Assembly: GCA_950097015.1 (NCBI GenBank) | Contig: CATNEN010000025.1 | Location: forward strand, 1,860,001 to 1,924,000 | Direction of reading: 5' to 3' | DNA from: Macrostomum hystrix | Taxonomy: Eukaryota; Animalia; Platyhelminthes | DNA: 64,000 nucleotides | Shown: positions 52,472-64,000 of the stretch, one piece after another | How positions within the stretch are numbered: position 1 is the first letter of the stretch | Layout of the letters: each line of letters begins with the position of its first letter | Program-made: the position numbers and the translations under genes | The notes under the pieces: model-generated | Databases searched by the model: none | What the model saw: only the letters and a program-made list of their open reading frames with translations | What the model was told of the DNA's origin: nothing

Positions 52472-53437
52472 GTCTATGGTCACAGTTGCTGTAAACAGTT
52501 TTAGGTTTGCAATCTCGTGAGCCGGGCCAAGCTTTAGGATTAATTACTATAATACCCCCCCTGAAATCGTTGTCTATGGCCTTGGAACGGCTTCGGACTG
52601 CGCTTCTGGGCCTCGGCTTCGCCGATTAATATTAAGCATCATCCTCTGGCTTTTTCGATCTATATTGTCCTGTTTGCTCTACGAAACACTCTTTATTTTC
52701 AGGACATTGCGTGCCAGAACATCAATAAAAAGTTATGAAATGTCCAACATGCTTCAGGTTAGTTAGACTATCGGTTGAAAGCAGATCTTGACCAATATGG
52801 ATTTCGATTATCAATTGGACGAGTAATTATAAACAATATTTTATGTACATGAGTTAAAAGAGCATACAGGAACATTGTGAATCAAGGCTGAGGTCTGCTA
52901 AGGCTTTGTGTGTCATTTGAACTACTAGGATCGTAATTAACAAATAAAAAATATACTAGGATCAAAATTAACAAATAAAAAAAGAAGTAATTTTTACTGG
53001 ATAAAGGATTTTGGCTACTTGTGCCCTATGTCCGTAAGGAAGTTTGTCCATAAAATACCTGGGCAAAAGTAAAAAAGCAGTGTGTATTAGGTTAGAACAA
53101 AATGCGATTATGAAAGCGTTCGAAATAATAAAAAAATAGTGCACATTTTAGACAAGGCAGATTTCAAGGTGAGTAAAAACGACGTTAACTTAATTGTTTC
53201 TAACTGCTATTTCTCGTCGTCACCAGGTCTGGTCACGTAAGCAGCATTCCTAAAGCATACTGTACAGTAGTTTAGCAAAATGAGGTGATTCGGTTAATAT
53301 TTTACTCAAAGGGTGGTGTTCTAATATAGGATAATATACAGTTAGGACATTGACTGTAAGATTATCCCAAAAAAGTATTAACACCAACAGGTTCAAACTG
53401 CAACACACTGACAAACAGTTGGAATCGATGCTTATAG

Positions 53438-54499
53438 TTAATTCCTAGGCCATCGCCCTACGTAGGGCGAGTTGTTGTTGCCGATCGTGAAGGTGGCGGG
53501 TCTGGCGTAGCCCGGCGGTGACACGCTGGCTCCGCTGCCTCGACCGCTCCTTGGCTGCCAGTAGAGCGGCGAGATCTTGCCTGAACTGGTGGATCTCACT
53601 CCCAGGCTGCTGCTGCTCATTGGCCTGTATCGGCCGGCAGGTACAATTCGCTTCTTTAACAGGTAGGCCGACAGGAATAGAGAGAGACTGTGCACGACAA
53701 GCATGACAATGCTGGCCGCTAGGATCACGCAAAAGTACACGTAGACGTACTTCTTCAAGGAATCCTGGCAACTGTTGCTATGGTAATTAACACCGGTGAC
53801 TGGGCACTGCTTGTCGCCAACATAGTTCTCGTAGTTGCTGAAGTCCTGCTTCGATGTAATGCTCTTGTCGGAGAAGATGCAGCAACTGACTGGGAACATG
53901 TAACTCATGCCTGAATAAGTAACCCCGTTTGCCTTGTAGAAGCGATACTGATTGTTCCAAAGCGACGCGTAGATGCTGTAGCTGGTTGTGAAATCCGAGG
54001 GGCCATTGTAGCCGCAGCATTCCAGCTGGATCTGCATCACGTCCCAGATGATGCTGTTGGGATACGGGGCGCCCTGCGTCATGTCCCTGTACTCATTCTG
54101 CAGCGTTGATTTCATGTAGTTCGGCAACTCAGTCTCCACGCTGCTCCACATGCCCATTGGGACAATGGCTAACACGATTTCGAGCACAATGGCAATCGCC
54201 GTAATGACCATGTAAGCAATGAGCAGAGCTTTGCCGCCTCGCAGCACGTGGAGAAGACCAATGGCGAAGCTGACAGTGGCCACCAGGCCGAGCCCGATGG
54301 GCAGGTAGGAGGAAACACGCAGAGTGACAGTCAGGGCGCCGTAGTCTGTGATGACAATCTTGTTGAGCCAATAGGACAACAGCGACGCGTCTGCCAGGAT
54401 CCAGATGCCAAGACTGATGACACCGACGCTGAAGATCAGGGAGGCCGCCAGAGCTCCGATGAAGACGAACCGAATGGCCTCATAGTCTATGGCCCCCAT
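53438..54499 (-). CDS. Tetraspanin, intronless, with an extended Ser/Arg/Pro-rich C-terminal tail
   Basis: Four hydrophobic segments; large extracellular loop with LECCGYNGPSDF, PVSCC and later Cys residues; likely start MGAIDY (54499) after a TTTTCAG acceptor at 54521-54520. Confidence 0.88.
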   Translation of the reverse strand: MGAIDYEAIRFVFIGALAASLIFSVGVISLGIWILADASLLSYWLNKIVITDYGALTVTLRVSSYLPIGLGLVATVSFAIGLLHVLRGGKALLIAYMVITAIAIVLEIVLAIVPMGMWSSVETELPNYMKSTLQNEYRDMTQGAPYPNSIIWDVMQIQLECCGYNGPSDFTTSYSIYASLWNNQYRFYKANGVTYSGMSYMFPVSCCIFSDKSITSKQDFSNYENYVGDKQCPVTGVNYHSNSCQDSLKKYVYVYFCVILAASIVMLVVHSLSLFLSAYLLKKRIVPAGRYRPMSSSSLGVRSTSSGKISPLYWQPRSGRGSGASVSPPGYARPATFTIGNNNSPYVGRWPRN

Positions 54500-57400
54500 A
54501 GCGATGGATGACTTTGTGGCTGAAAATGATTGAATAGCAATCATATTTGAGTCTCATTGAGGAGCACCAACTTTTGTGTTAGAATTACGTCAAGAATTAC
54601 ATAAATATGTCTATGAACTAAATCAATGACGGATTCAGGATTTTGAAATTCGATGGCTGATTTTGTAGCAATAAAGAATCGTATAACCTCGCATGCAAAA
54701 AAGGTGACAAAATAATTATCCTAATTGGTACTCGTACTCAAATGGCAAAGCTCCTCAATCTACGTTGCAGGAGGCCATTTGGTTCCTTCCATCACAACTC
54801 CCCGTGGCTTTTCTCTTCCTTACGTCTGATGTCTGCACTATTTATATCTCCCCGTCTTATCTCTACGCTATCTCACCTCTCCTCCCACATGTTTTTAAAA
54901 CGATGGCTTCTCAAAGCTACTCAAACTGAAGTATTCGATTTATGAGAATAGATGACACCCCAAAGTGTACTAAATAGTATTAAAATCGCAGCTTTCAAAT
55001 TGAAAGGCTTCATACCTGTTCTTAGCTTCGAAGTTCTGCTGTTTCTAATTGTTTTACTGGCTTCCAAAGAGATTCGCTAATTGTTTTGAGCTTGCAACAC
55101 TTGGATGCGAAATTCTCTGTCCCGGGCTGCTTCCAGTGTGTTAGTAAGCTCTTATAACCAAGCTCCTGGCCGCTCATAGGCAGACTTGGCAGCCATGGCG
55201 CAACCTGTTGATTGCAATGAGTTGCATGCCCTGTGTTGCTATTTATTTACCCTCGCTCCCATTGTGCGCCGCAAGAATTTCTGCTTGAGAATACGGCCAT
55301 GCATCAGCCAGCCTCGGTGCCACTGAAATTCAATATACCACCTAACTGTATAGAAGCATGCAGCCTGAGGTTTTTTAATAAGCCAGAAAATTGCATTCAA
55401 CCAGTTTCTTTATAAAAGTTATGAAAAGTGTGACAATTGCACTTTGCGCGCTGCTAATGGTCATATCGGGGCCAGTTTAAATAGAATTCAGACCAAAGGT
55501 GTGAGAAACGGCTTGAGAGCCACTTTTGACGCCTTGCTGTGCTTTTAAGCTGCATGGCTTGTCGCTTTAGAGCTGTGCACTAGCTCGAACCCCATTAGCG
55601 ATGCGCATTAGTTACTGCGCATTTCATTGCTCTCCTTTTTAATTTGAGCTTATCCACTCGAGAGTGTAGACATTTTTTACTGCTCTGTGCGTCATTCAAT
55701 GTCACCTTCCTGCCTGCAAACTGGTTGGTCACTCCACCATTGTGTCAAAAAGCCGTTTGACAATTTTCTTTAGAATTTAGATGGAATTTAGATAACTAAG
55801 TTGACCACGGCTTAGGACTGCCGCTAATTGCCAGTCGTCTGCAACAGCCTCTTTAGAGAATGTGTCAACTGTTTCATTTGTAGAGCCTCTTCGTGTAGGC
55901 CAACCAACCAACAGTGACGAATTTGTCAGACACGGCTACTTAATCCGTGTGTTAGCGCGAAAAGTTGCATTTTTGTGTTATTGTGCAGCTTCAGTTAGTC
56001 AATTTTGTGAAGCGCTTTGCTTATTTGTTATTAGTTGCAACTTGACGGTATCAACTTTTACGGTTCCAAACTTTTTTGAAAATTTCATTGACATCTGAAT
56101 ATTTTAAAGATAATGAGAGGTCCTTAACAACAATATTTAATTGTGGAGTGCAGTTGATGATATTATTAAGCAATAACAGAGAAGGGGGGCATATTCAGAT
56201 GGCAGAAAATCAGTGCACACCGTTGGCAGTACAGTCCAAGTATCTCCAGGTGTGAGCCTAACCCTCGATGGGCACCAGACCGTCGAGGTCGGTAAGCTTC
56301 TGGGAGCGAGCGAGCTTGGAATCTAGAACAAATTCTATAATTTAAAGTAACCACGTTTAATTATCTCAATTCTAAATAAACAAAAAAACGCTTTTTTTCT
56401 CGCTAGACACTGCTCTCAAAGTAAAGTAGTATGCCAAGATTTTATTTTCACGAAGTTCCGATGTTTAAAATTTTGTTCGCATGTTCAGTCGTTTCTGAGA
56501 TAAAGTCGCTAATTATGTGTCAAGATTAGTCAAGAGAAAGAATTCTAAAACATTTTTAAAAATAATATAACGTGTTCGTCTATGGCATTCACGAGCCAAT
56601 AGGAAGGAACGGGGAGACAAGGATGCTAAAAGTGAAATTTAAGCGAAACAAAAATAGCTGGCTCAGAATAGCACTCCATTCCTTTCCTCCATGGAAAATT
56701 AGTTTTTTTCTTTTAGACCCTGCCAATCGTATATCGAAGTATGCGATTCGAGATTAGACCATAGACAATAGAAATTCGGTGACTTGCTGGGCGAAAATAA
56801 AAGCCACGTTAAGTGCTGTCTTTGAAGTTAGAGACCAATTAGCAGCTTATAATTACTTAGTTTGTTTTTGTGAGTGCGCTCGAAATAACATTAATTGCTA
56901 ATAAAACAGCCACCTATGAGCACTTTTCACTCGGCACTCGCAAGGCTTTCAGATTCGAGCCGGTAAGCTTTTGAAACTGTGACTTTTGCTGCGAGGATAC
57001 GCTCGTATTAAACATTTTAGGAACAATGTACGCCCGCATCGCGGAGTTGCCGAAATACCGATACTCTAGAATACGCTCCTATAGATAATATACCTATAGA
57101 TCCTATAGAATACGCTCCTATAGATAATGTACCTATAGATCCTATAGAATACGCGTCCGTGAACTGGGGAGCCACCACAGCAATGCGAATTAACGCCCAG
57201 CATTGAATAAGTTTCTTAATATCACAAAGCAATTTATTAGCGTTCCGATATTCGAGCTCCGAACCTCTCGGTCAGAAATCCCTAGGGGTATAACCCCCAT
57301 CATCTAAATCACAGTTAAAACTAACTTAGATATAGTTTTGACAGATTTTGACTTAGATTTGACAAAATTTTCACCAACAGATTCTGTGAGGCGATAAATA

Positions 57401-59034
57401 AATATTTTATGAAAATGGAAAGTAATGTAGAGTTTTCCCTAAAAAGTGATTTATCAATTCTACTGCCAGCTGGTTTGCCGATGATAGTTCCGCGCGTTGC
57501 TTTCCAAAATGCCCCCTCTTAATTTCCGATGCAATTTTTGCCTATAAGTACTGTTGCTTTAAGCTTTCTAGTTAGGCCAGAAATCACGCCATATATGGCC
57601 GGTTTGTGGGGATAAGGCAAATCGATAGATTCTCATGCACTCAATCAGCTTGTACGATCCCTGCGGGACACACAAGGTGGTACTCTGTATAGTATTTGTC
57701 AGAGCCAAGTCGCATTAAAATCGGTACCCAAAAACACAGGCGATTTTTAAAGAATGTCTGATCAAACATTCATTCTTTCTATGCCTACTTCAAGGCACAC
57801 GCTGCGTGCATTGTCTAGATATGAATCGTGTGTGCAGGCAGTTTGAGGGTGGGTCTACGAGGGTTGGGATTGAAATTGTTTAGTCAATGTTTTCTTGCTT
57901 TTCTTTGCTTTCACTTAGCTCTGTCCTCTGCGTCTCTTACTCCTCCCCATTTTTTCGTTACCAAAACTCGACTGAATTCAAAAGGAGCCTTTGTGCTGAG
58001 TCCACTACTCGCACAATCCCGAGCTCTATGCACTATGGAGGCCGGCAGTTATTATGATGAGCTGAGCGGAGCACAATGAGCTAGGGTTTTTAGCTATTCT
58101 TCTCTTCCGGACCTGTGTGCTTGAGTCCAGGCCTGGCAGTGCTCAAATGGGCAGCTCAGTTGTAAGTTATGGGGTTGGCGAGGCTAGAGTTTTGGGGTTA
58201 GTTGTGCCATGTTATGAGCGTGTGTACTCATTTGCAAACTGCTCAAAATAAACTCACTAGTCGCGTATTTGAGAGTCAGAATTAAGCGACTCGGCATTCC
58301 GACGCATTCGACGCACTTTCCTGCTGCATGTGTGTTGATCAACTAACAAGTGTAAATTCTGCATTCTTTATGTGGTGAGCTTTTATAACGCTTTTTAAAT
58401 AAGTGTCTCGGTTTGTTTATCACAAGACCTATACGTGAAGCATGGTTAGATTAATTATTAGCAAAGCAAAGGGCAATAAAGACACAATTGATATCGATTT
58501 GGCTGACTTTGTAACAGCTTGCTGTCAGTTAGTCGAGTGGGTACTTGTTTTAATTCGGGATTTTAAGTAGAGAATGCACTGCAAGTTTGTTAGCTTCCGC
58601 AGTTTAGACTGTACTTTGCTTGCGTTTTGAGTCCTCTCTCTTTTTCTCACTAGCGCGGTCTCTCTCTAGATCTCTGGCTCTCTGAAGCGCGTGAGAGAAA
58701 GAGTGGGAGTGAAAAAAAATGGTTGAAAATATTTCGTTCCCTAATCCGGACCAATCCTCGTTCATAGCTGGCAGTATTTTATGATCTGCAACACCCTGTT
58801 GTCTAAGCTCTTTGCTTCCTGTGTTTAAAGTTCTCTGAGGAACTCATCTAGTCAGATAAATTGAGCTGTCTTGAGCTAACTAACATTAAAAAAGGGCTCA
58901 TTAATTTTTTTCCTGACACTGCTGCTGGGTTGACGGCGAAAAGGTAAAAATGGAATCAGCATGATCGCGTTTATTCAGATTCGTAATGGTCCGATTTCCT
59001 ACTCAAAGCACTGCGGAATAGTCTCAGTGCTTAA

Positions 59035-59735
59035 TTTTACTCATTGAAGGGTCATAGCTTAACTCATTGAAGGGTCATAGCTTAACTCATTGAAGGGTCA
59101 TAGCTTAACTCATTGAAGGGTCATAGCTTAACTCATTGAAGGGTCATAGTTTAACTCATTGAAGGGTCATAGCTTAACTCATTGAAGGGTCATAGCTTAA
59201 CTCATTGAAGGGTCATAGCTTAACTCATTGAAGGGTCATAGCTTAACTCATTGAAGGGTCATAGCTTAACTCATTGAAGGGTCATAGTTTAACTCATTGA
59301 AGGGTCATAGCTTAACTCATTGAAGGGTCATAGCTTAACTCATTGAAGGGTCATAGTTTAACTCATTGAAGGGTCATAGCTTAACTCATTGAAGGGTCAT
59401 AGCTTAACTCATTGAAGGGTCATAGTTTAACTCATTGAAGGGTCATAGTTTAACTCATTGAAGGGTCATAGCTTAACTCATTGAAGGGTCATAGCTTAAC
59501 TCATTGAAGGGTCATAGTTTAACTCATTGAAGGGTCATAGCTTAACTCATTGAAGGGTCATAGCTTAACTCATTGAAGGGTCATAGCTTAACTCATCGAA
59601 GGGCCATAGGTAAACTCATCGAAGGGCCATAGGTAAACTCATCGAAGGGCCATAGGTAAACTCATCGAAGGGCCATAGGTAAACTCATCGAAGGGCCATA
59701 GGTAAACTCATCGAAGGGCCATAGTTTAACTCATT
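59035..59735. repeat. 23-bp minisatellite (cttaactcattgaagggtcatag) x~30 with a variant block at the 3' end
   Basis: Period 23 measured directly; the last ~5 units read gtaaactcatcgaagggccatag. Confidence 0.97.
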
Positions 59736-60020
59736 GAAGAGTGATAGTTCAATTGATTGAATGGCGAATGAGTAGACTATGAGAGGACCAAAAGGAGCGC
59801 TCACTAAACCATCAAATGACTCACTGAAGTACCCTTGAGTAGCGATATTAAGTAGATGATTCGTTATCTCACTAAAAGCCAGTCTACAATATTTGTTTTT
59901 TCTTTATTTTCTTTCAGGCAATCGTCCAGCATAACATCGAATCTTTAACACGTCAGTTCATTCAGCAGCTAATTGCCAATCAGATTGCAAAAGCAGCTCG
60001 GCCAGTCGCACACTGTCGCG

Positions 60021-63000
60021 ATGCCGATTCCGCCAGTTTTAACGCGGTTTTGCAACGCCATTAGGCGCACAAAGACCGTAGACCACAATATCATGAAAAC
60101 ACCTTTAAACCGCTGCCTGAACACATTCGACCTGATACTAATTGGCGTCGGAAATATGTCCGGAGCCGGAATCTACGTCCTGACCGGCACGGTGGTGCGT
60201 AGGAAGGCCGGCCCGGCAACCTGCATCGCTTATTTCATAGCCGGAATAACAGCCTTCCTAAACGGCCTGTGCTACTCTGAGCTTGGCGCTCGAGTCCCGC
60301 GAGCTGGCAGTGCCTACAGCTATACCTATGTAGCCCTGGGTGAACTGTTAGGTGAGTGCTTTCAATATTCAAAATGCTTTACTAACTTGAGTCACATGTA
60401 AGTTGACTCAAAATGTCCGTTTGAGTTGCTAGGCTGTGGGTTAAGTTTCTGATTTGAGTATCAGTGGCGTAGCCCAGTATTTTTTCTAGGGGGGGGGGGC
60501 GCGTCTTTGGGGGCGCCACTACAATGGGGGAGCGCCACTACCAGGCGGCGCCAATACCAGGGGGCACCACTTCCTGGGGGCACCACTTCCAGGGGGCGCC
60601 ACTACCAGGGGGCGCCACTACCAGGGGGCGCCACTACCAGGGGGCGCCACTACCAGGGGGCGCCACTACCAGGGGGCGCCACATACTACCAGGAGGCGCC
60701 ACTACGAGGGGGACACCACTTCCAGGGGGCGGCAATTCCAGGGGGCGGGAATTCCAGGGGGCGCCACTTCCAGGGGTGGGCGCCACTTCCAGGGGTGGGT
60801 GCCACTACCAGAGGGCGGCAATTCCAGGGGCGACATTTCTAGGGGGCGCCACAATTAGAGGGGTTCGTCAGCCAATTGGGGGTGGGGCCGCGGCTCCCCT
60901 TGCCGCCCATGGCTACGCACCTGTTGAGTATTTCTAATAAAGCGTATTTCTCAGTCGCGTTGACAACTGAACTATTTCTATGAACTTAAAAAGCTTTTGT
61001 AGCTATGAGTTTGACATTTTTCGAGCTTTGGACTGTCAAAATGTTTTTGCTGGCGGGATCTTTATAGCGTTCTAAAAGCAAATTTTCTGAAAAAATATGC
61101 AGATTTAAAAAATATATCATATCTTGCCTGCTCCAAATAAAAGATTGAGTGGGGACCTTACAGTCACACTACAACAGTTCGTGAGTTCTAATCCACTCTA
61201 AAACTAATATACTAAAAGATAGACTGTAATTAATCGATTATACTTACTCTGTTTGGACTGTAGCAATCCAGATTTAAGTTAGTACTCGTAGTACTGGGCT
61301 AGTGATTTCACAATATACTTTTGATACCCGATTTTCCGCCTACTCGAGCTAACACTCCACTGGTTTTAAACTGGTTTTGTCTAGATCGCTTTCGAGATCG
61401 CTTAGTGTCTGGTTTACCCACAGTAAAGTGTGGCGTCATGTTCAAGTTTGTTGGGCAATGGTAAGGACTAGGGGTACGATACTGGCACTATTTTGAAACG
61501 TCAACTGTTTCTACTGATCTCCTTTCAGGGTATTATTTTCTGCTTTAAAATAGGCCTTTAGTTGCAGTTAGAAATATCCAAGAGTGCTCAACATTGCATG
61601 AGTTGGTTCTCACGAAAACTAAGTGTTAGATGCACCGTGAGTGCGCGACACAGGCTGACAATGAAAAAATTTCAGGGCGCAGATTTATACTCACCTGTGC
61701 GAGATGACCTGTGAATCGATTCTAAGTAAAGCTGCTTTTCAAAGCATGCAGTGCATCTTCAATCAAAACAACGATGTACTTTTTGTGGTTATAGAATATA
61801 AAAAAACGATTAAAGCTAATAGAGACTATGCGTTTTACGTTACATTCTCGGCCTGCATTTCCAGCCTTCATAATCGGCTGGAGCATTGTGCTAGAGTACA
61901 TTCTGTCCGCGTCCAGCATTGCGCGCGGCTTCAGCGGCACCCTCGACGCGCTGACATCGGATGCCATCTCGAACTGGACTGTTAGCCACGTTGGCACATT
62001 TTACACAACATCACCAAACGAGACTACAACAATCAAGCACATTATCTCACACTATCCGGATTTGGTTGCCGTACTGCTAATTATCATACTAGCTGTCATT
62101 CTCAGCATTGGCGCCAACTTGTCCAAGCACTTCAACACGGTGACAACGTCCATCAATGTTGTAGTGCTGCTGTTTGCCACCGGGGTGATGTTTGCCCTGG
62201 CAGATCTGGCTAACTGGAAGAACCAGCCGTTCATGCCGTTCGGCTTCACCGGTGTGCTCTCAGGGGCCGCCACCTGCTTCTACGCGTTCATCGGCTTCGA
62301 CGCAATCAGCGTCTCGATGGAGGAAGCAATGACGCCGCAAAAGTCGCTACCAATAGCCACAGGCGTGTCAGTATTCGCGACAGGCGTCCTGCTTGTGTTA
62401 TCAAGCATGGCTGTGACAATGTTCGAGCCATGGTACCTCATCGACGTTCGAGCTGCGTTCACATCCGCATTTTCAGCGCACAATATGCGCTGGGCCGAGA
62501 TCATCACCGGAATCGGTTCCATCACCGGCATTGTGGCTGCGCTCTATTGCAACAACTACGCCATGCCGCGAGTAGTCTACGCGATGGCATCAGACGGACT
62601 GATATTCCGCATCCTAGCCTACGTGACGCCTCTAACCCAGGTACCAATCGTTGCTATAATTTTCTCCAGCTTTATTGCCGCCGTGCTGGCACTGCTGTTG
62701 GACATTGAAGCCCTGGCCGACTTTCTGTCCATCGGTACGCTGATTGCTTACAGCATAGTAGCTTGCAATGTTGTAATCCTGCGATACATCCGGCCAGTCG
62801 GCATCGCCCAGCTCACTCTGTCGCTTGAGTCTGAAACAGAGTCGACAACTTCTTCAAAGCCGCTGTCGTCACCCGTGAAGCCGATGCCAGCCGAGGCTGT
62901 CGGCCGGCTAAAGGAGCCGTTCCGCAATGTCCCTCTATTGCGTTCTCTGAAGCCTGGACTTGGCGCTATCCTGGGTCTGCTGATCTTCATCGGCGGTTTA

Positions 63001-63510
63001 GTCGGCGTTAGCCTCGTTCTAAAGCTCGGCTTGGGACCGCTGAAAGCTTCCAATCCGATTGTGATCATTGTGATGATATTGTTCTGCATTATTTGCCTAT
63101 CGGCATTTGTTGCTATGATGATGCACGACCAAGATACGGAGATTCACACCTTCAGGGTACGTACAAGTACATGAAATATACATGTGCGCCATTTTTTTAA
63201 CACGCGCGCACTGGCTCGCAACATCCCGCAGATGCCCGGCGTGCCCCTGATCCCATGCGTGGCCATCGCGCTGAACATCCTGCTAATCATGCAGCTGCAG
63301 CCAATCACGTGGATCCGTTTCACCATCTGGCTGCTGATTGGCCTGGTGATTTACTTCGCCTACGGCATTCACAACAGCAACGAGAATCCGGAGCGTCAGC
63401 AGGAGGCCTCCGAGAAGGTGCCACTGGCCAGCGCCATGAGCTATCAGAAGATGCCAGACGCCGCGGCCGGCGAAGCACTCGCAAAGGACGAGGCCGACAA
63501 GGCCGACTAG
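60021..63510 (+). CDS. Cationic amino acid transporter (SLC7A1-4/SLC7A14-like, APC family)
   Basis: join(60021..60351,61865..63156,63232..63510). LNRCLNTFDLILIGVGNMSGAGIYVLTG..AGPA..LCYSELGARVPRAGSAYSYTY..LGEL|AFIIGW; FMPFGFTGVLSGAATCFYAFIGFDAI; LSIGTLIAY; FR|MPGVPLIP..N..L..QL..TWIRF.IW..IG..IYF.YGI.NS. Confidence 0.93.
60462..60923 (+). mobile_element. 462-bp hAT-type MITE with an internal G-rich 16-bp minisatellite, in SLC7 intron 1
   Basis: TIR CAGTGGCGTAGCC / GGCTACGCACCTG; 8-bp TSD TTGAGTAT (60454-60461 and 60924-60931); internal unit ccagggggcgccacta. Confidence 0.9.
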
Positions 63511-64000
63511 TTTACTGAACACGCCTTTCTATGGAATCTTTGGAAATACTGCAAGCAATCAGACTTTCATAATAGATGTTTATATAACCGTTTTTTTATA
63601 GTCGAGGCAGTCCTCAGCTGTGAAAAGTTGATTAAAGGAGTTCTACATATGGTGCCTTGAAATTTGCATTAATCTAATGAACTCGAATTTAGTCCAATGT
63701 GAATTGTACTCGTAGTCACAATTTATAATATATATTTAAACAGTTCATGGACAACTCAAAAAGATTAGGTTTCACTTTAATGAAGCTCTGCAACTTTTAA
63801 TATAAAAATCTGCTTTTGCAACGCATCATTAGTGAAGAGTGGTCGCGTGGTTTCATTTTAGGTTGTTTTTTGTTGTAGTCAGAAGTGTTTTTTCAGTTTT
63901 CCGTATTAAAAGTGGCGCTGCTGGTAAAAAGAACAGTTGTTTTGTCACAATTTTAATTATGCTATAGACTTTTACCAAGTTGGCTATTTAAATTATGTAT

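Noticed and set aside
51119-52520. Three overlapping ORFs of more than 430 aa (Cys/Ser/Leu-rich)
   Set aside because: All three frames are open only because the 16-bp minisatellite unit lacks stop codons, and the array lies inside a hAT MITE.
52703-52757. Isolated exon-like segment (tttattttcag ... gttagt)
   Set aside because: No partner exons or recognisable coding content identified.
60507-60937. Gly/Pro/Ala-rich ORFs resembling galectin-3-type N-terminal repeats
   Set aside because: The 16-bp unit is not a multiple of 3 and lies within a TSD-flanked MITE in an intron.

Overview
Animal genomic DNA with short GT-AG introns, TTTCAG-type acceptors just upstream of several start codons, and many minisatellites, SINEs and MITEs. 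The style suggests a free-living flatworm such as Macrostomum, which is inference only. From left to right: the 5' part of a FREM1/2-like extracellular matrix gene (minus strand); a (ATCT)n microsatellite; a small two-exon gene, split by an intron and not recovered as such by the ORF track, for a secreted cationic six-cysteine defensin-like peptide; an AT-rich stretch; and a co-oriented run of hnRNP L, CCDC102, two tandem GLD-2/TENT2 poly(A) polymerases and PRPF38A. About 31.5-51 kb holds a transposon-rich cluster of intronless PAN/apple + C-type-lectin genes (two intact, two disrupted, two relics) whose ligand-binding region is a recombinant mosaic, with a VIAAT/SLC32-like gene embedded in it. 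An intronless tetraspanin and a three-exon cationic amino acid transporter follow. The strongest leads are the diversifying lectin cluster, the hidden defensin-like peptide, an apparently exact 189-bp inverted templated insertion in one lectin, an array of ten stop-generating decoy splice acceptors in an hnRNP L intron, converted GLD-2 paralogues, and hAT MITEs that have seeded 16-bp minisatellites. All alignments were done by eye and no database searches were run.
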